A stretch of 64,000 nt of DNA from Candidatus Moraniibacteriota bacterium (GTDB lineage: Bacteria > Patescibacteriota > Minisyncoccia > Moranbacterales > UBA2206), in NCBI GenBank assembly GCA_049297495.1, contig JBAQUL010000005.1, positions 3,868 to 67,867 on the forward strand, given 5' to 3'. Below the pieces are notes generated by a model. That model worked only from the letters and a program-made list of their open reading frames with translations. It searched no databases and was not told the origin of the DNA. Of this stretch, positions 17,787 to 27,786 are shown in pieces. The position numbers were made by a program, and so were the translations under genes. Position 1 is the first letter of the stretch, and the number at the start of each line of letters is the position of its first letter.

Positions 17787-18364
17787 TACTCTGTATTCCC
17801 CCATGAATAAATAGTATCAGTCATAGTCAAGGTTTTATTGCTAGTAGTCCCCCATGTTACCGTACTAGTTATTATCCTTGAGTCTGTCGCCGGTGTAGAC
17901 GGACCATTGACAAGAGTAATATTTCTTCTAAATGTTGTCACTGTCGTTCCCGCTCCGCATGCGTTACTATAAAAACCAGTCGTATTATTTCTACACAAAG
18001 TTGTCGCGCCACAAGTAGCTGTTGGAGCAATGCTACTAAAATCAGAGCTATAAAAAACACAAAAACCAGATCCATTACCAGGGAAAGGAGAGTCAAATGC
18101 GCTCTTATTCGCAGGACATGGTACGGTCCCATTGATGCATGTTTTCCAATTATTATCCCGAATATTTCTAACGATTTCAATCCCCTCCTGAGCCAAATTT
18201 GAAGCGATAATAATATCTCGTTTGGAAAATTCCGTACGATATGAAGCCGCCATTACAGTCAAAAAGGTGACAAGCACAATTCCCACAATGAAAGTAGCAA
18301 TCACCGCTTCAATGAGCATATATCCCAACCTGTTTTTTTTATTTTTAAAAACTCGCTTTTGCAT
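17786..18364 (-). CDS. type IV pilin-like minor pseudopilin
   Basis: Probable start at MQKRVFKNKKNRLG|YMLIEAVIATFIVGI, a prepilin cleavage/methylation motif; the longer ORF extension overlaps the upstream gene. A Cys-rich C-terminal domain follows. Confidence 0.7.
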   Translation of the reverse strand: MQKRVFKNKKNRLGYMLIEAVIATFIVGIVLVTFLTVMAASYRTEFSKRDIIIASNLAQEGIEIVRNIRDNNWKTCINGTVPCPANKSAFDSPFPGNGSGFCVFYSSDFSSIAPTATCGATTLCRNNTTGFYSNACGAGTTVTTFRRNITLVNGPSTPATDSRIITSTVTWGTTSNKTLTMTDTIYSWGNTE

Positions 18365-18386
18365 TTTATCTTTTTTGTTCAAAAAA

Positions 18387-18914
18387 CTACTTACATATTG
18401 CTTGATAAGGGGTAACTTCCACATTTCGACTTCCTCCATAGCCGGAGCAAGTGATAATCGAGGTTGCTCCACCACCAGGAAGGGTGCCAACGGCATTGGG
18501 AGTGGCATATGTAGCTGACCATGTCGGAGAAGCACAAGTGACTCCACCAGGAATATGAAACGTTTCACTTAACCCAACAGGATTATTAGAAACTATTTGT
18601 ATGGTACCGCCAGTTATTGTAATCGTGAAAGACTCTGGAACACTGCCGCCAAACCCGCCAGCCACCTTCCCCGACAAGGCATAGTTTCGCGTCTTATTAA
18701 TCATCGCTGACACCTGACCACAAGCATTATTTATGTTTGTCTTATTCTTCATTCCACTGAGCGCACTCCAAGACATCGCAGTGACTATGGTGACAACAGC
18801 GATAATCACAATCAGCTCTAAAATTGTAAATCCCTGATTGCCCGAAACAACCGTATTATAAGTAGACTCGTCTCCAGTTGTCACTTTTTTTTTCGAAAAC
18901 AAATTATCAAACAT
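18387..18914 (-). CDS. type IV pilin-like minor pseudopilin with a long leader
   Basis: ...VVSGNQG|FTILELIVIIAVVTIVTA, the canonical G|FTxxE motif. Confidence 0.75.
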   Translation of the reverse strand: MFDNLFSKKKVTTGDESTYNTVVSGNQGFTILELIVIIAVVTIVTAMSWSALSGMKNKTNINNACGQVSAMINKTRNYALSGKVAGGFGGSVPESFTITITGGTIQIVSNNPVGLSETFHIPGGVTCASPTWSATYATPNAVGTLPGGGATSIITCSGYGGSRNVEVTPYQAICK

Positions 18915-18926
18915 ACATAAGTAATA

Positions 18927-19712
18927 CTAAAATAAGTTCAGATACCAGCCCACAATTGGAACATAGTAGAAAAGAGCAAAAAATGTCCCAATAATCAAAA
19001 ATGGAGCAAAAGGAAGTTGACTCTTCATCTCTTTCTTCTTCATTCCAATAAGAATTATACCATAAATAGCACCAATTGCGAAAGCTAGAAAAAGCCCCAG
19101 AAGAATTCTTGGCCAACCCAAAATAAACCCAAGCAGGATAACGAGATAGGCGTCACCCATTCCCATCCATTTTTCCTTTGAGAAATAGGACAAGGAGAAA
19201 AAAAACAAAAATGCACCTCCACCAGCCATAATTCCAGAAACTGCCATTCGTTCCCAGACAGTTGAAAATGTTTGCCCAAAATCAAAATAAACATTGAAAA
19301 TCAAGACCAAAATGATTGCTGGCCAAAGAATCAAATTGGGAATTTCCATGTACAAAATGTCATAGATAAAAATTACCAAAAGAGCGCTAACGAGAGCAAG
19401 CATCACGCCAGTAATCAGCCAGGTCGCAGGATCTTCTAGTCTAAAATATTGATTTGCTAAAAGCGCAAAAACAACGCCCGTGAGCAACTCCACTAAAGGA
19501 TACTGCCAAGAAATTTTTTCTCCACACTCACGACATTTAAATTTCAGAAGGACAAAACTCAAAACCGGGATATTATCATACCAACGAATAGTTTTTTTGC
19601 ATTTTCGACAATGAGAACGCCCCATTATCGTTTCTGCCGTACGAATACGATAAATAACAACATTAAGAAAACTACCAATAATCAGACCGAAAAGAAAAAA
19701 AATGATAAGCAT
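18927..19712 (-). CDS. pilD: prepilin peptidase / N-methyltransferase (A24 family)
   Basis: 261 aa, polytopic membrane protein with CRKC...CREC zinc motifs in the first cytoplasmic loop and the layout of the A24 peptidase family. Confidence 0.85.
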   Translation of the reverse strand: MLIIFFLFGLIIGSFLNVVIYRIRTAETIMGRSHCRKCKKTIRWYDNIPVLSFVLLKFKCRECGEKISWQYPLVELLTGVVFALLANQYFRLEDPATWLITGVMLALVSALLVIFIYDILYMEIPNLILWPAIILVLIFNVYFDFGQTFSTVWERMAVSGIMAGGGAFLFFFSLSYFSKEKWMGMGDAYLVILLGFILGWPRILLGLFLAFAIGAIYGIILIGMKKKEMKSQLPFAPFLIIGTFFALFYYVPIVGWYLNLF

Positions 19713-19773
19713 TATTTTTGGATTAATTTTTTATTCAAACGCCATTAGTACTGCCCGTTTTCAACTAAAAAAC

Positions 19774-19803
19774 TCATTACCTCATCACAAAATCTCATGT
19801 CAA
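19774..19803 (-). promoter_or_regulatory. candidate sigma70-type promoter upstream of pilD
   Basis: Minus-strand TTGACA (19798-19803), an 18-nt spacer, then TAATGA (19774-19779). Confidence 0.25.
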
Positions 19804-19858
19804 GAATAGCATAATTCTTGTGGTAGGGCAAACTCTATTTCTCTATTCTACCATTATA

Positions 19859-20650
19859 TTATTTTTTATTTCTCAAGATAATCACATAACTTTCAGTGAA
19901 GCTGGCATAATACTTGGCATAAATTTCCTGAACAACCGCCCTACCACTAATTTTGAACAATATAAACGAGACTAGCAAAGCAACATTGTCAATCACAAGA
20001 GCCAATAAATTATTCATAACAAATAATGGAAAAAGCCAATATTTCGATCCGGGCAAATAATGCAAGAAATTATTCCAAAGAATTATGAGAGTTTTGAGGT
20101 AACCACTAAGTGGAACAATCCTAATCACCTCGAAACCTTTAAACAATTCTCTGAGACCATATTGAGTGAACCGATAATAATCATGCGGAATCTCATGTTC
20201 AGGAAAAGTCAGTGGCACCGAAATAAAAATCAGTCCTCCATTTTTAACAACCCGCCTAATCTCTCCAATGGTCTCTTGTATTTTTGATGTATGCTCCAAT
20301 ACTTGAGTCGAGATCAAAGCGTCAAATTCACTCTCTCCAAAAGGAAGCTCCCAATTAAACCCAAAAAAATCCGCTTTACTGTCCTGACTAACATCAAAAC
20401 CAACATACGCGTTTACTTTTGGGAATAGAGCTTGGTACGGTTTCGCTCCGCAACCCAGATCAAGAATTTTTCCAACCTTCTCCCGTTCAAGCATCCCAGA
20501 AAAAATCTTCACCTCTCCAAGTAATGCCCGAAGGCTTAAATATGCCCACTGCCATATTCGCGGAGTCGTTCTCTCAGAAATAATTTCCTTAACAGTTTTT
20601 TTCACAACTAAACCTTTGCATATCTCAATATCGATTGTATTATTTTGCAT
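19859..20650 (-). CDS. class I SAM-dependent methyltransferase
   Basis: 263 aa; motif I ILDLGCGAKPY and a methyltransferase-11/12-like fold. Confidence 0.75.
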   Translation of the reverse strand: MQNNTIDIEICKGLVVKKTVKEIISERTTPRIWQWAYLSLRALLGEVKIFSGMLEREKVGKILDLGCGAKPYQALFPKVNAYVGFDVSQDSKADFFGFNWELPFGESEFDALISTQVLEHTSKIQETIGEIRRVVKNGGLIFISVPLTFPEHEIPHDYYRFTQYGLRELFKGFEVIRIVPLSGYLKTLIILWNNFLHYLPGSKYWLFPLFVMNNLLALVIDNVALLVSFILFKISGRAVVQEIYAKYYASFTESYVIILRNKK

Positions 20651-20725
20651 AAAAGCGACAGAGTTGATAGACTAATTATACGTAAGCTAAGTAATGCTTT
20701 CAGTATAGCATAATTTGATCATTCT

Positions 20726-22618
20726 ATGTGCGGAATCACAGGAAAAATCCATCTCAACACAGGCCTTGTTTCAGTTGAAGATATCGAAAAAATGAACTTG
20801 GCTATCGCCCATCGCGGACCAGATGATAGTGGAACATACATCTCCCCTAACCAAAAAATTGGGCTTGGACATCAAAGACTATCCATCATCGATCTCTCCC
20901 ATTTTGGACATCAACCAATGAGTTATATGGATCGCTATTGGATCGTATTCAATGGTGAAATATATAATTTTCAAGCCTTAAAAAAAAATCTACAAAAAGA
21001 AAAAATTTACACCTTCAAATCAAATACTGACACAGAGGTAATCATGGCCCTCTATCACAAATACGGCACCGATTGCCTCCATCATTTACGAGGAATGTTT
21101 TCTTTCGCTATCTATGACGACAAAGAAAAAACCTTATTTTGTGCCAGAGATAGAGTTGGGAAAAAACCCTTTAAATATTACCTTGACGACAACGTTTTTA
21201 TTTTCGCATCAGAGCTCAAGGCAATCCTAACTCAAGCGGAATACAAAAAAGAACCGGATTATGCAGCTATCCGCCACTATTTAACGTTTCAATATTGTCC
21301 AGCGCCACTTACGGGCTTCAAAAATATCAAAAAACTTGAACCAGCCCACTACTTATTAATCGATCTCAAAACAAACCAGACCAAACTTGAACGTTACTGG
21401 AAACTAGATTATTCCGAAAGATTAGACCTATCTGTTAGCGACTGGAAAGAAAAAATTATCAATAAATTGGAGGAATCCGTAAAACTGCGTATGATCGCCG
21501 ATGTTCCTCTAGGGGCTTTCCTTTCCGGAGGAATTGACTCTAGCGCCATCGTTGGAATGATGAGCAAATTCAGTCCCACATCAATCAAAACTTTTTCCAT
21601 TGGATTTTCGGAAAAAAAATATGACGAGCTAGGATACGCGAAAATAGTAGCCCGTAAATTCAAAACTGATCACACCGAGTTTATCGTCAAGCCCGAGGCA
21701 ATGGAAATCCTGCCTGAGCTTGTCCGCCTTTATGAGGAGCCCTTTGCCGATCCCAGCGCCATCCCAACATATTATTTAAGTAAATTGACCCGCGCGCACG
21801 TTACGGTCGCCATGTCAGGAGATGGCGGAGATGAAAACTTCGCCGGATACTTCAGGTACGCCATCCAGAAACTGTCCCTTCAACTTGATTACTTGCGTTT
21901 TTTCAATAAACTCCCTGCCGATATTATTGCCAGGATTCCACTTGAAAATATAAAAAGTGAACTACTGTCCAAGATATTTCTTCTCTTAAGTCACCTGCCG
22001 CTAGATTATCGAAAGCGCTATGCAAGTTACATGTATCGCCAAAACAACCATATTGAAAATAACTTATTCGCCGAAAACTTTCAAAAAATCACATCCAGAG
22101 AAAATAGTCTTGAGTTAATAGTCAATAAATTCAATGAATCGGGAACTGAAAATAAATTAGACCAAACTCTCTATGCCGACTTCTCAACCTATCTACCAGA
22201 TGACCTAATGACAAAAGTGGATCTTGCCAGCATGTCCGTTGCCTTGGAAACACGATCGCCCTTCCTAGATCATGAATTTCTAGAGCTAACCGCCAAAATC
22301 CCGTCCAATTTAAAGGTTAAAAAATTCAATCAAACAAAATGGATTTTGAAAGAAACGCTTGAAGACCTCTTGCCTGACCAAATAATTAACCGGTCCAAAA
22401 AAGGCTTTGAAACACCCCTGAATATTTGGCTGAAAAATCAGCTGAAAGACTATTCCAATGAGCTACTCCTTTCTCAAAAATCCAAAAACAGAAACATACT
22501 TAATAGTGAGACTGTAAAAAAAATACTCGATATCCATCAAAACACTTCTGTCGATTTGTCGCATAAAATCTGGTCGATGATAATTTTAGAAAATTGGTTT
22601 AGGGAATATTTTGACTAA
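20726..22618 (+). CDS. asnB: asparagine synthase (glutamine-hydrolysing)-like amidotransferase
   Basis: 630 aa; N-terminal MCGI (Cys2 nucleophile) and a PP-loop SGGIDSS. Confidence 0.85.
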   Translation: MCGITGKIHLNTGLVSVEDIEKMNLAIAHRGPDDSGTYISPNQKIGLGHQRLSIIDLSHFGHQPMSYMDRYWIVFNGEIYNFQALKKNLQKEKIYTFKSNTDTEVIMALYHKYGTDCLHHLRGMFSFAIYDDKEKTLFCARDRVGKKPFKYYLDDNVFIFASELKAILTQAEYKKEPDYAAIRHYLTFQYCPAPLTGFKNIKKLEPAHYLLIDLKTNQTKLERYWKLDYSERLDLSVSDWKEKIINKLEESVKLRMIADVPLGAFLSGGIDSSAIVGMMSKFSPTSIKTFSIGFSEKKYDELGYAKIVARKFKTDHTEFIVKPEAMEILPELVRLYEEPFADPSAIPTYYLSKLTRAHVTVAMSGDGGDENFAGYFRYAIQKLSLQLDYLRFFNKLPADIIARIPLENIKSELLSKIFLLLSHLPLDYRKRYASYMYRQNNHIENNLFAENFQKITSRENSLELIVNKFNESGTENKLDQTLYADFSTYLPDDLMTKVDLASMSVALETRSPFLDHEFLELTAKIPSNLKVKKFNQTKWILKETLEDLLPDQIINRSKKGFETPLNIWLKNQLKDYSNELLLSQKSKNRNILNSETVKKILDIHQNTSVDLSHKIWSMIILENWFREYFD

Positions 22619-23762
22619 CAATATTATGAAAATACTTGTTTTCACCGCAATGTATCCCCCCTGCATTGGAGGACTGAGCAGTCATGCCGATGAATTCAAT
22701 AGACACTTGGCTAGTGAAGATACAAAAATCACTGTTTTTACCTGCCTACTCATCAAGGACTCGGCCGAATATGAAAAAATTAATGAGCATCTGGACATCA
22801 TCAGATTCCCAGCCTTTGAAATTGTTCCCAACTATCCCCTGCCCAAATTTTGGAAGTTTAAATTTTGGAAACTATATCTTAGCTTATTCAAAACAGACTA
22901 CGATCTCATCATCTCACGTATTAGATTTTTCAACACGTCTCTTTTGGCCATGCTGCTCGCCAAAATCAAAAGAACTAGATGGATCCACATCGAGCACACT
23001 TCCAACTTCACCATCCTATCAAGCCCACTAAAATCATTCGTCGCAAAAATCTATGACCTAACGATCGGTAGACTCATTTTCCGATCGTCAGATATGAATA
23101 TTTCCATCTCGAGAGCAGTTCAGAAGTTTGTCTATAAATTTGACAAAAGACATTCTCCAATCATTTACCGCGGGCTAAATTTGGACGCAATAGATTCCAT
23201 CCCTCCTGATATTGATTTCAAAAACAGATTCAAAGATAAGATAATCATTCTGACCGTAGCCAGACTCTATAAATGGAAAGGGATTGAATACAGCATAGAA
23301 GCAATCAAAAGCCTTCCGGAGAATATAAAAAAACAAATAATTTTTATTGTCATTGGTGATGGAGAAGATTTTTCCAGACTGCAAAAGTTATCCGACAAAT
23401 CAACCATCCTGCTCGGAAGCATGCCGAGAGAAAAAGCGATTGGGATAATAAAGGTATCAGACATCTATATCCATTCCGCCCTGCACGGTGGCGGACTTTC
23501 CACATCTCTTTTGGAAGCAATGTATTGCAACTGTGCAATCATTGCTACGCCAAATGAGGGAGCAGATGAAGTTATCAATTTGAGAGAAGACACTCTCATG
23601 GAAATTCCTCACATCCAAAAAATAAGCGCCACCATAACAAACATCATTTCCAATCAAGAAAAAAGAATCTCCACGGGGAAAGAAATGAGAAACAAGATAA
23701 TAGAAAATTTTAGTTGGGAAAAATCGATAAAATTGTATCAGAGAATACTAAAAAGAAACTAA
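22611..23762 (+). CDS. glycosyltransferase family 4 (GT-B)
   Basis: 383 aa; C-terminal GT4 signature ...HGGGLSTSLLEAMYCNCAIIATPNEGADEVI. Overlaps asnB by 8 bp, suggesting an operon. Confidence 0.75.
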   Translation: MTNNIMKILVFTAMYPPCIGGLSSHADEFNRHLASEDTKITVFTCLLIKDSAEYEKINEHLDIIRFPAFEIVPNYPLPKFWKFKFWKLYLSLFKTDYDLIISRIRFFNTSLLAMLLAKIKRTRWIHIEHTSNFTILSSPLKSFVAKIYDLTIGRLIFRSSDMNISISRAVQKFVYKFDKRHSPIIYRGLNLDAIDSIPPDIDFKNRFKDKIIILTVARLYKWKGIEYSIEAIKSLPENIKKQIIFIVIGDGEDFSRLQKLSDKSTILLGSMPREKAIGIIKVSDIYIHSALHGGGLSTSLLEAMYCNCAIIATPNEGADEVINLREDTLMEIPHIQKISATITNIISNQEKRISTGKEMRNKIIENFSWEKSIKLYQRILKRN

Positions 23763-23776
23763 AACACGCTCATTGA

Positions 23777-24343
23777 TCATTTTTTAACTACTCTAAAATG
23801 AAACTCTATTTCCTCAAATCCCCCTACCCAGTAACACCATATTCTTGAACACAAAAGAGGAGCTAGATTAGCAAAAAAATCTAAAATTTTCCCAGTTGAC
23901 ATGGCCATGAAATAAACAAGTGGAGATACGAGGGTTTTTTTCAAATAAGGCTGACACATCCAAGCAAGAGTTATCTTTTCTGGAACAAATTCAAATCCTT
24001 GATAACCTCCCTGAAAAGATGGGTTAAAATAATGGCAAAAGGCTAAGTCAAATCCTCTTTTGTGTTCTGGATGAGTAAATCCTCTTGAAAAATGAGGGAC
24101 TTTTAATTTTACCATCCCCCCATTTTCAACTATACGATGCAACTCCTTCATAACTCCAAATGGATTATTCAAATGCTCCAAAACATGATCCGCCTCAACC
24201 AAGATAAATTCATTGTCTACAAAGGGATATGGGAACATCTCCAGGTTATGTCGAATATCAGGCTCTGAAACTGAAAAATAATCCACATTAACAAATCCTT
24301 TCTTTTTGAATTCTCCGCATCCTAAATTTAGTTTTCTTATCAT
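23777..24343 (-). CDS. SAM-dependent methyltransferase
   Basis: 188 aa; LNLGCGEFKKKGFVNVD motif I. Confidence 0.7.
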   Translation of the reverse strand: MIRKLNLGCGEFKKKGFVNVDYFSVSEPDIRHNLEMFPYPFVDNEFILVEADHVLEHLNNPFGVMKELHRIVENGGMVKLKVPHFSRGFTHPEHKRGFDLAFCHYFNPSFQGGYQGFEFVPEKITLAWMCQPYLKKTLVSPLVYFMAMSTGKILDFFANLAPLLCSRIWCYWVGGFEEIEFHFRVVKK

Positions 24344-24372
24344 AGTAATATCGCCAGTTAAGTTATTTTATA

Positions 24373-25293
24373 TCACTCAATCCTCCTTTTTCTATTAATT
24401 ATAACCAGTAGCTCTTCATGCCTCCTTTTAATTGAGCTCAAAATCAATCCAGCAATAAAACTGATAAAAGCAGCGATCATTGAAAGGCCGGCAACAATTA
24501 ACGTTGGGATGCGCAAAACAATTCCCGTGTGTATATAATCTCGAATGCTATACCATCCAAGAAACATGCCCATCAGAAAAAAGATGGAACTCAAGAGTGT
24601 AAAAAATTGCAACGGCTTATAGTCACGAAATAAGGAGATGATTGTATAGAGAACAACTGTACCATCCCTTACTGCATTAAGCTTTGAAAGACTTCCTTTT
24701 TTTCTCAGATAAAGCGCTATTGGAACTTCCTCTATTCGTACGCCTCGCTCCAAAGCTTGGATAGTTAACTCCGGCTCAATCCCAAAGCCACCGGCCAAGA
24801 GAGCACTTGAATGAACAAACTTCTTATCAATTGCTCGAAAACCCGATTCCATATCTTGAAGCTTTGTCCCAAACAAGAAATTTAGTGATTTGGTGAGAAA
24901 TTTATTTCCCAACCAATGACTACCGGTAAAAATACTCTCATTCTTTGAGTGTATCCGATTTCCTACTACCATATCGGCATTATCCTCTAATACTGAAACT
25001 AACAAATTATGCACGTCTTTAGCTTCATAAGTGTCATCACCATCGACTAAAATAAGCACATCTCCATCAAATTCATCAAATATTTTTTGGACAGCGAACC
25101 CTTTGCCTTGCCTTTTTTCGCTAGTCACATCTGCCCCGGCTTTTCGGGCAATTTCTGCTGTCTGATCTTTTGAATTATTGTCCACAACCAAAATTCGCGC
25201 TTCCGGCAGCTCTCTTTTAAAATCTGTGATTACCTTGCCAATTGTCAATTCTTCGTTATAACAAGGAATTGCTACTACAATTTTATTATTCAT
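24373..25293 (-). CDS. GT2 polyprenyl-phosphate glycosyltransferase (DPM1/ArnC/GtrB-like)
   Basis: 306 aa; VVAIPCYNEE...LILVDGDD (DxD), a GT-A domain plus two C-terminal TM helices. Confidence 0.8.
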   Translation of the reverse strand: MNNKIVVAIPCYNEELTIGKVITDFKRELPEARILVVDNNSKDQTAEIARKAGADVTSEKRQGKGFAVQKIFDEFDGDVLILVDGDDTYEAKDVHNLLVSVLEDNADMVVGNRIHSKNESIFTGSHWLGNKFLTKSLNFLFGTKLQDMESGFRAIDKKFVHSSALLAGGFGIEPELTIQALERGVRIEEVPIALYLRKKGSLSKLNAVRDGTVVLYTIISLFRDYKPLQFFTLLSSIFFLMGMFLGWYSIRDYIHTGIVLRIPTLIVAGLSMIAAFISFIAGLILSSIKRRHEELLVIINRKRRIE

Positions 25294-26997
25294 TTATTTA
25301 AGTTTAAATACATCAACTTTTACATTCTCATTCTGCGCCTTGGCCTCATAATGATCTTCAATCAAATCAGGGTTTAATGCGATTATCTTGCTAAAGGCAT
25401 CAACGTCAGAAACAATAAATCGAGAACCGAATTCAGTCTTAACTGAATCAACCATCTTTCTTCCATTTTCCTTAGCATATTCTTTGCCAGCATCCTCCCC
25501 CTGTGTAGCCAATCTATCGCTAGTTGCTTTTACCAAATCCTCGCAATCCCGCGCTTCATCACAATAAAAATTATACCTATACATATTATACCAACGCCAA
25601 TACAGCTTCTGATCATATTGTTTCAGCGCAGTTGGATCCATCCCCATCGTATAAACATTCTTACTATCACCAAAAAATAATCGAGGAAAACTACCCCAAT
25701 CATGAATAAAAACTAATTCTTTTTCATTCGAATTGGACTCCAGCCACCTAGCAGCTTCAATATAGCTGGCATAGCGAATGTTACCAATTATTTTTTTTAG
25801 CTCAATAAAATTATTCAATGAAACCAGTGCAACAAATGCCACCAAGCCCACAGCCAGATACCTATACAGACCACTATTGAAAACGATTAGTCGCTCCTTT
25901 TGGAATATACTCACGATAACTGCCAACAAAAAAATTAGGGTGAACTGATAATAATCGTAAAATCGTCCAGAAACGACCATCGTTCCCAAGCTAAGAAGCA
26001 ACAGAAATATGAAAGAAGAATACGCTATGATATAGAATTCTGCCAATTCACAATCTTGACCCATACAAATCAAAGAATTTGGTTCCTTTTTTTGTCTTAT
26101 ATAGAAAAAGATTATTGTTGCAACACAAATAAGCGCGATAACAAAAAATACATCAACACCGATAAAACGTCCGCTAAAAGCATCTAGCGCCGACAGTTCC
26201 ATTCCGGACACCTTCGATGTTCTGTCTATCACGCTTGTCTGCGCAACAAAAATATTCCCAAGCCAAGTCCAAAGATTAGGAAAGTTAGGCAAAAAGACCA
26301 TCCCTGAAGCAGTCGCAAAAAAAACTGCAAAAAAATTATAATAAAAAAACTTCTGCAAAACCAGATATCGCGCCATCTCAACAATCCCTACTATCACAAG
26401 TGGAAGCCAAAATGTCGCATTATGCCAAAATAAATGCACCAATGTAAGCAAAAATAATTTTCGATACTCTTTCTTGACCGCTAAAAGCATTTCCAAAAAA
26501 ACCAGACCTATTGTTAAAATAAATGGCCGACCCATCAATAAACGATGGATCAAAAAAGGAGAAGTAAGTATGAAAAAAGTGAAAAATAGGGGATACTTTA
26601 TACTTGCCTTTTTTAAGGCATAATAAAAAAGCGCCAAAAGACTGGATGCGAAAAATATATCACTTAATTTTAATCCGGTTATGCTATCCTTGAAGAAAGT
26701 AAAAGGAGCGGTAGCGATATTAAACAAGGATAGTCCAAATTTGCTTTGCCCAGCTTCTGTTTTTAGCAGAAAACCCCCTGTGAAATTTTTCACTTCATCC
26801 CAACCACCTTTTCTTAAAATTTCAGCATACTTAAAATAATAAAAATGGTCATCAATAGTTGAAACTCCCGAGTTATCCAAATACGCCCACGAATAAAGCA
26901 GTGCTACAACCAAAAAAACACCTACGGAAATAAGTGCCGGATAATTTGAATATAAGAATCTAACTTTATTTAAAAATAGCCGTAAGCAAAGAAGCAT
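25294..26997 (-). CDS. GT-C family polytopic membrane glycosyltransferase (ArnT/PMT/TfpW-like)
   Basis: 567 aa, more than 10 TM helices, and a DD/DE motif in the first extracytoplasmic loop (TIDDHFYY). It abuts the DPM1-like GT2 (1-bp gap) and lies about 200 bp from the major pilin genes. Confidence 0.65.
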   Translation of the reverse strand: MLLCLRLFLNKVRFLYSNYPALISVGVFLVVALLYSWAYLDNSGVSTIDDHFYYFKYAEILRKGGWDEVKNFTGGFLLKTEAGQSKFGLSLFNIATAPFTFFKDSITGLKLSDIFFASSLLALFYYALKKASIKYPLFFTFFILTSPFLIHRLLMGRPFILTIGLVFLEMLLAVKKEYRKLFLLTLVHLFWHNATFWLPLVIVGIVEMARYLVLQKFFYYNFFAVFFATASGMVFLPNFPNLWTWLGNIFVAQTSVIDRTSKVSGMELSALDAFSGRFIGVDVFFVIALICVATIIFFYIRQKKEPNSLICMGQDCELAEFYIIAYSSFIFLLLLSLGTMVVSGRFYDYYQFTLIFLLAVIVSIFQKERLIVFNSGLYRYLAVGLVAFVALVSLNNFIELKKIIGNIRYASYIEAARWLESNSNEKELVFIHDWGSFPRLFFGDSKNVYTMGMDPTALKQYDQKLYWRWYNMYRYNFYCDEARDCEDLVKATSDRLATQGEDAGKEYAKENGRKMVDSVKTEFGSRFIVSDVDAFSKIIALNPDLIEDHYEAKAQNENVKVDVFKLK

Positions 26998-27113
26998 ATA
27001 AAGATTATCCAGAATAAATTAAACCGATAAAGATGGGCACTGCGAAATAAACTTTAAAAAAAATATCAAACAGCCATTTTCGAATAATCGCAAAAAACAC
27101 CTTTTTTTGTCGA

Positions 27114-27157
27114 CCCGCTCCGCAATAAATTTAAACAATCTGTCTATGCGGAGCGGG
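27114..27157 (-). terminator. GC-rich hairpin downstream of pilA1; possible terminator
   Basis: CCCGCTCCGCA...(22-nt loop)...TGCGGAGCGGG, an 11-bp stem; the U-tract is not immediately adjacent. Confidence 0.3.
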
Positions 27158-27199
27158 AAATCCATTAGCGTCTATCGACAAAAACATTCTCAAAATACT

Positions 27200-27634
27200 T
27201 TAGAGCCCTGTTTCAACATAGGTACATCCGGCTTCAGAACATGCAGCAGCCACCGTTCCAGTTCCAACATTACAAGTTAGATTGAGAAAAAATATACCAT
27301 CAGAATTGCTTGTAGTAGCATTAAAGGTTATTGGATTGATAAATGAACACGTTTTTGGAACTAGGTTCGGAAGCATGGAAACAGTTCCTGGGCAAACATT
27401 AGTTGTAGTTGTTCCAAAGCCAGCATTAGTTGGAGCAGCAAGGGTGGAACCCATATCTTCACACATCGCAAACGCCGGCACCAAGCTGGAAATACCAGCC
27501 TTAAACGATGCCGATTTTGCCTTCGCTCTCGCCGCATTCAAACTAACCAACACGATCGATGCCAAAATTCCAATGATCGCAATCACGATCAAAAGTTCAA
27601 TCAGCGTAAAACCTTTTAATTTTTTATTTTTCAT
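27200..27634 (-). CDS. pilA: type IVa major pilin (paralog 1)
   Basis: Start MKNKKLKG|[21 protein letters not shown], a canonical prepilin; 145 aa with C-terminal Cys pairs. Conserved 5' leader with RBS (AACTAGAAAGGTGGGTGAAATTATG). Confidence 0.85.
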   Translation of the reverse strand: MKNKKLKGFTLIELLIVIAIIGILASIVLVSLNAARAKAKSASFKAGISSLVPAFAMCEDMGSTLAAPTNAGFGTTTTNVCPGTVSMLPNLVPKTCSFINPITFNATTSNSDGIFFLNLTCNVGTGTVAAACSEAGCTYVETGL

Positions 27635-27786
27635 AATTTCACCCACCTTTCTAGTTTGCCTCTAAGTCACCAATAAGTAGATGACTAAAAGCATTATTTT
27701 TCCCACTAAATTCCGCTCTAGTCGGGTACCAGCTTCGCTGGACTTAGTAAGATTATTTCCTATGTAAAATCAAATCTTAATTCTTT

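Noticed and set aside
27650-27786. Sigma54-type promoter upstream of the pilin genes
   Set aside because: The search for TGGCAC-N5-TTGC gave only TGGTAC without a properly spaced GC element, so there is not enough to call.
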